Shown: piece by piece, positions 9,043 to 19,268 of the stretch
Layout of the letters: each line of letters begins with the position of its first letter
How positions within the stretch are numbered: position 1 is the stretch's first letter
Assembly: GCF_000091665.1 (NCBI RefSeq)
Contig: NC_000909.1
Span: 1,434,118 to 1,466,117, forward strand
DNA from: Methanocaldococcus jannaschii DSM 2661
Lineage (GTDB): Archaea; AGJL01; Methanococci; Methanococcales; Methanocaldococcaceae
Reading direction: 5' to 3'
Length of the DNA stretch: 32,000 bases
Notes under the pieces: generated by a model
Told to the model about the DNA's origin: nothing
The model's database searches: none
The model's input: the letters and a program-made list of their open reading frames with translations, nothing else
Program-made: the position numbers and the translations under genes

Positions 9043-10677
9043 ATGTATTTCTCTCAAAATGCGATAATTTTAGTTATGCTAATGTTTGTGATATCTGCAG
9101 TGTTTTATGCAACAATTGATTACAAAACAAAGGAAGTAGAGGATGAAATAAAAATAAAAGAAGTAAGTTTATATGAAAAAAATTTAATAAATACTATAGA
9201 TAGAAATATAGATAAAATTGTAGAAGATGCCTTTGTAAATGCAAGCTATAAAATAATGAAAGAACGAAAATTTTTTACAGCTTCAAGTGAGGCAGTTGCG
9301 TATATAACCAGCTATATAAAAAATGAAACGAAAGAATCACTAAATAATGTGAATTATGGCTACTCAAATATATCCTATAACATTAGTTCTGTTAAAATTT
9401 CACCTACATACGACCCATTAGTAGTACATTTATATTGTGAAATTGACATAAAATATTCAAAAAAATTAAATAATGGTGAGTTAATCGCATTAAAGCCAAT
9501 AGTCATCAACAGAGACATAAAATTATCAAGAATTCCTGACCCATATGTCTATTTAAATAAATTTTACTACACCTGGGGTTATGAAAAAAAGATAAATATA
9601 TATAATTTTCCAAATGATAACTACAACCGTACTTTCTGTATAATATTAAATAGTAGTAACTTTAACTATAGTGAAATGCATAACCCTCAATCTCCAACAG
9701 AGCTGAGAGTAATTGGCTGGGATTCAGTAAGTAACAAAATTATTCTTTTACCTTACTGGGTTCAAACCTGGAGAGAAGGAAATAACGATGTATCAGTAAT
9801 TTGGGTTAGAGCAAATAAAAATGAAATTTACAACTACAATAATGGGCAGGGGTATATATACATACTCTACAATTCAACTACTCCGGTAGATAGACAAGAC
9901 CCAGAACACACATTTATATTCTTTGATGATTTCAATTACTTTAACCCAGATAAATGGGATTCTGTTGGATACTTTATCATAAATAATAGTAAAATAACGG
10001 TAATTGCAGGAGCAGGTTCAAGCGTATATACAAAACAAACTTATGGAACTAGATATGAATTAATATTTAGAGCAAACTTTACTCCATCCCATGCCCAAAC
10101 TATAGGATTCTTTACACAATTAAGCGATAACGATGGAGTGGGTTGGGATATGTATGATTGGACTGGAAATAATCCAGAACTTTATATGAGAGTTGGATAC
10201 AGTGGAAGTGATATTGGGGATTATGTTCCTAATTCAAATAAATACTTAAATAAATTTTATATTTATGATTTAAAAAGAATTTCAACCACTGACTTAAACT
10301 TTACAATATTTAATGACACTTTGGATATTGAATATAGCAACTCATTTACTAATGGAAATAAGGGAAATAACTATCCAATTTCAATAACTGCTCTTATAAA
10401 TTTAAATACTAATGTTACAGTGGATTGGATATTTTTAAAAGATATAAATGATATTACAACTACCGTCCCTCCAATAGGTGTTGATGAATATCCAAATCTC
10501 GACTATAAAGAAGAAAAACCAAAAACATTTACTGGGACTATATACTATGGAGAACCAGGGAAATATATATTGGTCTATAATAGTACGTATTCTATCATTG
10601 GATTATATACTAACAAAACTGACTACTGGCTTTATCCAAATATGCCAGGATATAAACCACTTATAGAGGAAAATTAA
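9043..10677 (+). CDS. Membrane-anchored DUF2341 + ConA-like lectin-fold protein (paralog of 6625-8499)
   Basis: 544 aa. N-terminal TM helix NAIILVMLMFVISAVFYATI. Segment WGYEKKINIYN...LRVIGWDS...LPYWVQTW...VIWVRAN...ILYNST is parallel to the DUF2341-like core of the 624-aa protein. Then IFFDDFNYFNPDKWDSVGY ... VTVDWIFLKDI. Confidence 0.8.
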   Translation: MYFSQNAIILVMLMFVISAVFYATIDYKTKEVEDEIKIKEVSLYEKNLINTIDRNIDKIVEDAFVNASYKIMKERKFFTASSEAVAYITSYIKNETKESLNNVNYGYSNISYNISSVKISPTYDPLVVHLYCEIDIKYSKKLNNGELIALKPIVINRDIKLSRIPDPYVYLNKFYYTWGYEKKINIYNFPNDNYNRTFCIILNSSNFNYSEMHNPQSPTELRVIGWDSVSNKIILLPYWVQTWREGNNDVSVIWVRANKNEIYNYNNGQGYIYILYNSTTPVDRQDPEHTFIFFDDFNYFNPDKWDSVGYFIINNSKITVIAGAGSSVYTKQTYGTRYELIFRANFTPSHAQTIGFFTQLSDNDGVGWDMYDWTGNNPELYMRVGYSGSDIGDYVPNSNKYLNKFYIYDLKRISTTDLNFTIFNDTLDIEYSNSFTNGNKGNNYPISITALINLNTNVTVDWIFLKDINDITTTVPPIGVDEYPNLDYKEEKPKTFTGTIYYGEPGKYILVYNSTYSIIGLYTNKTDYWLYPNMPGYKPLIEEN

Positions 10678-11613
10678 TTATATTTTTATTAATTTAGTTG
10701 CTTCAACCATATTCTTTAACTTATTAAAAGCGACGTCTATTGGCAATAACCTCATTCCACAATCGGGGTCTATTAAAATATTATCAGACAAATTTTTATT
10801 CAATTTTTCATTGTTTTTTAATATTTCAATTCCCTCTTCTATCAAGCTTTTTATCTCTTCAACACTTTCAACTTTCTTAACTTTTGTATTTACACAACCA
10901 AAGCCAACTTTCTTTTCCATACTTTCTAAAATCACCAAATTTTTTTTATTTGAAGCAAATTCATGGTCTAAAATATCCACATTAAACTTATTTAACTCAT
11001 CAATAATATTATAAACATTCCCACAAACATGCATGGCAAATTTAATATTTAATCCATCAACTATTATATCAATAGCCTTCCTTGCAACATCAAAATCATA
11101 CATACCAGTTGATAGTATCGGCTCATCAATCTGTATTATTGGGACATGCTTTTTTAATGCTTCAACTTCCTTTCTAAGGGCTTTAGCAATATCATAAATT
11201 AGATTCTCATCTCTATTGTCTGAATAACAACTCTCAACTCTAACAGATGAAGCTATAGTGCAAGGCCCTGTAATAATTCCTTTAATTTCAACATTAGGAT
11301 TGAGTTTTTTGGCTATACTTTTAGCGTATAAAATATCTTTTAGTGTTATTGGTTTTATAAACTCCACTCTACCAACAACTCTCTTCCCATCAAAGCCATA
11401 CATGTTGTTTGTGAAAATCTCAACCATATCTCCTCTAACCTGTCCATCACTTATAATATTAACTCCAGCTTTAACCTGGTCTTTAACAGCCCTCTCTATG
11501 GCATATTTATATTCATCATACAAGCCAAATACCTTTTTTACCTTATCTAAGAATGTTTCTTCCTTTTTAACTACTGGATAACTACCAACTACAGTTGTTA
11601 TCATTGCCACCAC
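10678..11613 (-). CDS. MetE-like (cobalamin-independent methionine synthase catalytic-domain family) methyltransferase, short archaeal form
   Basis: 311 aa. N-terminus TTVVGSYP and the later HVCG / DPDCG zinc-ligand-like motifs are typical of the MetE C-terminal-domain family. The start could be Met1 or Met4. Confidence 0.8.
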   Translation of the reverse strand: MVAMITTVVGSYPVVKKEETFLDKVKKVFGLYDEYKYAIERAVKDQVKAGVNIISDGQVRGDMVEIFTNNMYGFDGKRVVGRVEFIKPITLKDILYAKSIAKKLNPNVEIKGIITGPCTIASSVRVESCYSDNRDENLIYDIAKALRKEVEALKKHVPIIQIDEPILSTGMYDFDVARKAIDIIVDGLNIKFAMHVCGNVYNIIDELNKFNVDILDHEFASNKKNLVILESMEKKVGFGCVNTKVKKVESVEEIKSLIEEGIEILKNNEKLNKNLSDNILIDPDCGMRLLPIDVAFNKLKNMVEATKLIKI

Positions 11614-11684
11614 CAGAATTTTATAAATTATGGATTATTAATAAATCTCCTTATCAGTTATTTAACATTTATAGGAGTGGAATC

Positions 11685-12188
11685 ATGAAGGTTAAGGTGT
11701 TGGATGCTTCAGCTATTATTCATGGATACAACCCAATTATAGAGGAGGGGGAACATTACACAACCCCAGAAGTTTTGGAAGAGATAGAATCAAAAAAAAT
11801 TATTGTTGAACAAGCATTAGATTTTGGAAAATTAAAAATAATGAGTCCTAATAGGGAGTATATAAAAAAGGTTGAAGAAGTTGTTAAAAAAACTGGAGAT
11901 AATTTGTCTCAACAAGATATTGGTGTCTTAGCTTTAGCTCTAAATTTAAACGCCATATTATATACTGACGATTATGGCATTCAAAATGTAGCTAAAAAAT
12001 TAAATATTGAAGTTAGGGGAATAGCTTTTGAACCAACAAATAAAGATTTTATTTGGAGAAAGATTTGTGAAGGTTGTAAAAAACTTTATCCAGTAGATTA
12101 TGAAGAAGATATATGTGAGATTTGTGGTAGCCCTTTAAAGAGGAAGATGGTTAAATCGAGATTAAAGAAGAAAAGGAAGAAAAAATAA
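11685..12188 (+). CDS. PIN-domain + C-terminal zinc-ribbon endonuclease, Nob1-like
   Basis: Start moved to the ATG at 11685 (RBS taggagtgg upstream). The longer ORF from 11595 overlaps the divergent gene. PIN-like N-terminus MKVKVLDASAII...TDD. Zn ribbon CEGCKK...CEICGS. Lys/Arg-rich tail. Confidence 0.75.
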   Translation: MKVKVLDASAIIHGYNPIIEEGEHYTTPEVLEEIESKKIIVEQALDFGKLKIMSPNREYIKKVEEVVKKTGDNLSQQDIGVLALALNLNAILYTDDYGIQNVAKKLNIEVRGIAFEPTNKDFIWRKICEGCKKLYPVDYEEDICEICGSPLKRKMVKSRLKKKRKKK

Positions 12189-12309
12189 CTTATAAGAGGC
12201 ACTGCCGAGTGAAACGAGGCAGTGCATCCCGGGTATACCAATAGGGCGAAGCCCTATGGAGAGAAAGATGGTTAAATCGAGGTTAAAGAAGAAAAGGAAG
12301 AAAAAATAA
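12129..12309. repeat. Direct duplication of the Nob1-like gene 3' end (about 60 bp, period 121 bp) flanking a GC-rich hairpin island
   Basis: 12144-12188 and 12265-12309 are 45-bp copies with 1 mismatch, and weaker similarity extends back to 12129 and 12250. The intervening 12189-12249 is locally GC-rich. It has an 8-bp stem (12199-12206 with 12218-12225) and a 7-bp stem (12241-12247 with 12251-12257, GAA loop). Confidence 0.85.
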
Positions 12310-12324
12310 GTAAGTGATTGTATT

Positions 12325-12702
12325 ATGAAAAAATTAATAGCAAAAACAAAGGAAGAATTGATTGAAAAAATTAAAGAATGTGAAAATGAAGAAGAGATTT
12401 ATATAAACTTAGAGTTAGATAGGGATGTAGCTATTGCTTTATTGGAAAGTTGTGAGCCAAAGAAGATATATTTACCAAAATCAAAATATAAAAGAAGCTC
12501 AAAAAAGATTATAAAGGCTTTGGAAGGAGTTGATGTCGAAGTTATTCCAATAAAGGCAAAGACTGGAAGACCTACGAATGTAGATAAGATTATTAAAAAG
12601 TATTTAGATAAAAAACCTAAAGAAATAGCTGAAATTACTGGGATTAATATAAAAACCGTTGAGTACCATTATTATAAGCTGAAAAAGAAGGAAAAACAGT
12701 GA
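12325..12702 (+). CDS. Hypothetical protein with C-terminal helix-turn-helix-like segment
   Basis: 125 aa, highly charged. PKEIAEITGINIKTVEYHYYKL resembles a small HTH. The stop overlaps the next gene. Confidence 0.65.
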   Translation: MKKLIAKTKEELIEKIKECENEEEIYINLELDRDVAIALLESCEPKKIYLPKSKYKRSSKKIIKALEGVDVEVIPIKAKTGRPTNVDKIIKKYLDKKPKEIAEITGINIKTVEYHYYKLKKKEKQ

Positions 12703-12707
12703 TAATA

Positions 12708-13391
12708 ATGATTTCTGTCATCTTAGTTAATCCAAAATACAGTGGAAATGTTGGTAGTATAGCAAGGGTTATGATGAATTTTGGATTTGAAGAGCTTAGA
12801 ATAGTTGGAGATAAAAGCATAATAAATAATGAAGCCTATATGATGGCAGTCCATGCAAGAGAGATTTTAGACAATGCCAAATTCTACAACACCTTTGATG
12901 AAGCTATAGGGGATTTAGATTTTGTTATTGCCACTTCAGGAGCAAGAGGAGGAGATAGAAATTTAAAGAGAGTTCCAATAACACCAAAAGAGTTGGCAGA
13001 TAAAATCTTAGAGGTTAAGGGAAACATTGGGATTGTCTTTGGTAGGGAAGATGATGGATTGAGAAATGAAGAGATAGATAAATGTGATTTGTTAGTTTCA
13101 ATACCAACATCTGAAAAGTATCCAATTATGAACCTATCTCATGCTGTTGCAGTTATTTTATATGAGATTTATACAAAAAAAGTTAGAAATAAATTTTTAG
13201 ATATAAATATGAGAGAGGCATCAAAAGAGGACAAAGAGCTATTGATAAGGAAATTTAATGAGTTTATTGACAAGAATGAAAAAATCCCAGAGCATAAAAA
13301 AGAACTCTGCAAAATAATCTTTAAGAGATTGGTTAATAGGGCTTTTATAAGTGGAAAGGAGGCATGGACGTTAATGAGTGCATTTAAATAA
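12708..13391 (+). CDS. trmJ: SpoU (TrmH/TrmJ) family RNA 2'-O-methyltransferase
   Basis: SPOUT motifs NVGSIARVMMNFG, IVFGREDDGL and IPT...YPIMNLSHAVAVILYE. An alternative GTG start at 12699 overlaps the upstream stop. Confidence 0.85.
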   Translation: MISVILVNPKYSGNVGSIARVMMNFGFEELRIVGDKSIINNEAYMMAVHAREILDNAKFYNTFDEAIGDLDFVIATSGARGGDRNLKRVPITPKELADKILEVKGNIGIVFGREDDGLRNEEIDKCDLLVSIPTSEKYPIMNLSHAVAVILYEIYTKKVRNKFLDINMREASKEDKELLIRKFNEFIDKNEKIPEHKKELCKIIFKRLVNRAFISGKEAWTLMSAFK

Positions 13392-13407
13392 AATTAGGGG
13401 AAAGAAC

Positions 13408-15338
<1,931 letters not shown>

Positions 15339-15510
15339 TTATCGTTTATCGTGCTTTTCAAAATTAACTGCAATTTTTAAGGTAAGAATATAAAAGTCTT
15401 TGGTTTTATAAGTGCCTTTTCTATAGTAAGTTTTTTGTAACGCACTATAAGTATTCGATATATAACACTTCAAACATATAAAAAAATAGAACTCTATTTT
15501 AAGAGTAAAG

Positions 15511-15518
15511 TTTATATA
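15511..15518 (+). promoter_or_regulatory. Archaeal TATA box (TTTATATA) for the aminotransferase gene
   Basis: Exact match to the methanogen TATA consensus, preceded by a purine-rich BRE-like agtaaag. It lies 68 nt upstream of the ATG at 15586. Confidence 0.45.
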
Positions 15519-15585
15519 CTACTGGGATAATGGTAAATTACACAAAAGTGTCATACAAAATAGAGTTCCATTTTGAGATGAAAAC

Positions 15586-16884
15586 ATGAGGAATCCTATA
15601 ATAGATGTAGGGGCTAAAGAATTGAGTTATGAAATTAGGGAGATTGTAGATGTAGCTAAAAAAATAGAAGAGTTTGGAATAAACATAACATGGGAAAACA
15701 TAGGAGACCCAGTGGCTAAAGGGGAAAAAATTCCAGATTGGATTAAAGATATTATAGCAGAGATTGTTAAAAACGACTGTTCTTATGCCTACTGTCCTAC
15801 TAAAGGTTTATTAGAAACACGAGAATTTTTAGCCGAACAAGTAAATAAAAGAGGAGGAGTTCAGATAACTGCTGAAGACATCATATTCTTTAACGGCTTA
15901 GGAGATGCCATTGCAAAGATTTATGGTTTATTGAAGAGGCAGGTTAGAGTTATAAACCCATCCCCATCATACTCAACCCATTCTTCTGCAGAGGCATCCC
16001 ATGCTGGCTCTCCTCCAGTAACTTACTTCTTAGACCCTTACAACTACTGGTATCCAGACATTGATGATTTGGAGAAGAGGATTAAATACAACCCAGCAGT
16101 TAGTGGAATTTTGGTTATAAATCCTGACAACCCAACTGGAGCAGTATATCCAAAAAAAATCTTAAATGAGATTGTTGATTTAGCCAATGAATATGATTTA
16201 TTTATTATTTGTGATGAAATATACTGTAACTTAGTATATAATGGGAAAAAACAGCATTTACTATGTGAGGTTATAGATGATGTCTGCGGTTTATCTTTAA
16301 AGGGTATATCAAAAGAACTTCCATGGCCAGGGGCAAGATGTGGATGGATTGAAATTTACAATGCCGATAAGGATGAAGAATTTAAAAAATACGTTGAGAG
16401 TATTTATAAAGCCAAATTGATAGAGGTTTGCTCCACTACATTGCCACAAATGGCTATTCCAAGAATTATGGGGCATAGAAATTACAAAAAATACTTAGAG
16501 GAGAGGAATAGGTTCTTTGAAAAAAGGTCAAACACAGCCTACAAAAAACTAAAAGATTTAGATGGTGTTATAGCAAATAAAGCCAATGGAGCTTTCTATA
16601 TGTCTGTTGTATTTGAAGATAACTATTTAAATGGAAACAATTCAATAAAAATAGAGAATGAGAAATTGAAGGAATTTATAGAACACCAAATAAAAGATGC
16701 ATCTATAGATAAGAAATTTGTTTATTATCTCTTAGCATCTACTGGAATCTGTGTAGTTCCTCTAACCTCATTCTGCTCTCAACTTAACGGATTTAGAGTT
16801 ACATTGTTAGAGAGAGATGACGAAAAGTTTGAATGGATATTTGACACATTAGCTGAAAAAATAGATGAATTTTTAAAGACCTAA
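15586..16884 (+). CDS. Class I/II PLP-dependent aminotransferase (alanine/aspartate aminotransferase family)
   Basis: 432 aa. PLP-lysine region LKGISKELPWPGARCGW (S-x-S-K...G-x-R-x-G pattern). NPDNPTG motif. Confidence 0.9.
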   Translation: MRNPIIDVGAKELSYEIREIVDVAKKIEEFGINITWENIGDPVAKGEKIPDWIKDIIAEIVKNDCSYAYCPTKGLLETREFLAEQVNKRGGVQITAEDIIFFNGLGDAIAKIYGLLKRQVRVINPSPSYSTHSSAEASHAGSPPVTYFLDPYNYWYPDIDDLEKRIKYNPAVSGILVINPDNPTGAVYPKKILNEIVDLANEYDLFIICDEIYCNLVYNGKKQHLLCEVIDDVCGLSLKGISKELPWPGARCGWIEIYNADKDEEFKKYVESIYKAKLIEVCSTTLPQMAIPRIMGHRNYKKYLEERNRFFEKRSNTAYKKLKDLDGVIANKANGAFYMSVVFEDNYLNGNNSIKIENEKLKEFIEHQIKDASIDKKFVYYLLASTGICVVPLTSFCSQLNGFRVTLLERDDEKFEWIFDTLAEKIDEFLKT

Positions 16885-17270
16885 TCTCTCAAATGCCTAT
16901 AAAACCATGGCTCTTCATAATTTTTTAAATTTTTAACATAGGGGCAGTCTTTTGGAAAAACACCAGCTAAGATTCCTTCCATTACAGTTAAGCATCTATG
17001 TTTAAACCTATCTTTATAAACTTTACATAATTTTGTTTCTGGGTCTAAATGCTCACAATATATTGTTTTAATTCCATCTTCAGTTTTGTAAGCGTGTAAA
17101 ATGCAACATCTTCCACATCTCTCACATAACTCATCAGGAAATAGCTCTTCACTTATTTTTATCGCTCTATCTTTTTTAAATCTTAATGTATGCAAATTAT
17201 CCCTCTTTGTAAAGTAGATAAAAATTGGATTAAAAACTGTCAAAATAGTATATAAAGGTTTTGATGACAA
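16881..17270 (-). CDS. YkgJ/UPF0153-type cysteine-cluster protein
   Basis: CERCGRCC plus downstream Cys residues (CEHL, CKVY, CLT, CPY). The ORF has no N-terminal ATG, so the predicted start is TTG (17268-17270) and the true start is uncertain. Confidence 0.6.
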   Translation of the reverse strand: MSSKPLYTILTVFNPIFIYFTKRDNLHTLRFKKDRAIKISEELFPDELCERCGRCCILHAYKTEDGIKTIYCEHLDPETKLCKVYKDRFKHRCLTVMEGILAGVFPKDCPYVKNLKNYEEPWFYRHLRD

Positions 17271-17329
17271 TTGTTAAATACTTCATCATCGTTAATTAAT
17301 CCTAAGATAACATTTATTGGGGGATTTTT

Positions 17330-18601
17330 ATGTTCATGAGAGAAATTGAATTGAGAGGGCATATTATTGACAGCTTAATCCTGCCTAAGGTTTTTGATAA
17401 AATCTTAGATATGGGCGGAGATTATAAAGTTTTAGAGTTTGAGATTGGGAAGAGAAAAACAGACCCAAGTTATGCAAAGATATTGGTTATTGGTAGAGAT
17501 GAAAGGCATGTAGATGAAATATTGAATGAGTTGAGGGATTTAGGAGCTGAGATTCCAGAGATTGAAGAGGTTGAGTTACAGCCAGCTGAGAAGGATATGG
17601 TCTTACCAGAGGGCTTTTATTCAACAACCAATCATAAAACATTTATTAGGTTCAAAGGCAAATGGATAGAGGTTGAAAACCAAAAAATGGACGGAGCTAT
17701 CGTTGTTTATCCAGATGAAATGAGGGCTGAAGTAAAGACAATAAGAAATATCAAAAAAGGAGATTTAGTTGTTGTTGGGCATAAAGGGGTTAGAGTCATC
17801 CCTCCAGAAAAACCAAGAGAAGGAGGGGGGTTATTTGAGTTTATGAAATCAGATGCCTCCTCAGAAAAGCCTAAAGAAACAATTATTAGAAGAATAGCTA
17901 AGGAGATGTATGAGATTAGAGAAAAATATAGAAAGACAGGTAAAGGAGGAATTGTAGTTGTTGGAGGTCCGGCTATAATTCACACTGGAGCTGGATGGGC
18001 TTTAGCTAAGCTTATTAGGATGGGGTATGTTCAAGCACTATTTGCTGGAAATGCCTTAGCTACTCATGACATAGAGAGCGTTTTATATGGGACATCTTTA
18101 GGAGTTGATTTAAAGACTGGAAAGAGCGTTCCAGGAGGGCATAGTCATCATTTAAGGGCTATAAATACAATAATGAGGGCTGGAAGCATAAAAGATGCTG
18201 TAGAGCAGGGAATTTTAAAGGAAGGAGTTATGTATGAGTGTATAAAAAACAACATTCCTTATGTTTTAGCTGGAAGTATCAGGGATGATGGCCCATTACC
18301 AGATGTTATTACAGATGTTGTTAAAGCTCAGGAAAAAATGAGAGAGCTTTTAAAAGGAAAGGATATGGTTCTAATGCTTTCTACTATGCTACACTCAATA
18401 GCTACAGGTAATTTATTACCTTCATGGGTTAAAACCATCTGCGTTGATATAAATCCAGCGGTTGTAACAAAGTTAATGGATAGAGGGACATCACAAGCTT
18501 TGGGGATAGTTACTGATGTTGGTGTCTTTTTACCAATGCTTGTTGAGGAGTTGGAAAAATTAGAGAAAGAAAAGGAAAAATCTGAAAAGAGAGAAGAATA
18601 G
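17330..18601 (+). CDS. LOR/SDH bifunctional-enzyme conserved-domain family protein (archaeal ornithine cyclodeaminase-like)
   Basis: 423 aa. Family assignment comes from overall sequence recollection ([22 protein letters not shown], Glu/Lys-rich tail). An alternative start exists at Met3. Confidence 0.7.
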
Positions 18602-18612
18602 AGGAGGAGAAG

Positions 18613-19254
18613 ATGAGAGTTGAATATTCAAAGGATTTGATAAGAAAGGGAATTTCAACTATTTCCCAACTAAAAAAAGCTAAAATAAGAGTAGAAAAGG
18701 ATGATAAAAAAATATCCTACAAAGATGCAAAGCCAGGGAAGATAGATGTCAATGAATTTAAAAAAGCTATTTATTTGTTGATTGAGGCAGATGACTTCTT
18801 ATATAAAAAAGCCCCAAAGCATGAGTTGAATGAAGAGGAAGCTAAAGAGTTCTGTAAATTGATTATAAAATGCCAAGAACATTTAAATAAAATCTTAGCT
18901 AACTTTGGGTTTGAATTTGAAGAAAAAGAAATAGATGAAGGTGCATTATACATTGTCTCAAATAAAAAGTTATTTAAAAAGCTTAAAAACAAAAATCCTA
19001 ATTTAAAAGTTGTATGCACTGAGGGAATGTTAGATATTGAAGATATGAGAGCTATAGGCGTTCCAGAAAAAGCATTAGAAGGATTAAAGAAAAAGGTTGA
19101 GATAGCACGAAAGAATGTTGAGAGATTTATAGAAAAATACAAACCAGAAAAAATTTTTGTTGTGGTTGAGGATGATAAAGATGAACTTCTCTATTTGAGG
19201 GCTAAAAATCTTTATAATGCTGAAAAATTGGATGCTGATGAAATTTTAGATTAA
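18613..19254 (+). CDS. Conserved hypothetical protein, methanogen-type
   Basis: 213 aa, charged and soluble. An 11-nt gap upstream and a 14-nt gap downstream suggest co-transcription. No motif recognised. Confidence 0.7.
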
Positions 19255-19268
19255 ATTTCGGTGGAATA

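Noticed and set aside
11595-11684. 30-codon N-terminal extension of the Nob1-like ORF overlapping the divergent MetE-like gene
   Set aside because: It overlaps the start of the opposite-strand gene and lacks an RBS. The ATG at 11685 follows taggagtgg and begins exactly at the PIN-domain N-terminus.
12189-12249. GC-rich island as a tRNA, C/D-box or H/ACA sRNA
   Set aside because: It has no cloverleaf, no RUGAUGA/CUGA box pairs and no ACA/ANA motif in suitable positions. It is kept as an unclassified structured-RNA or insertion candidate in the findings instead.
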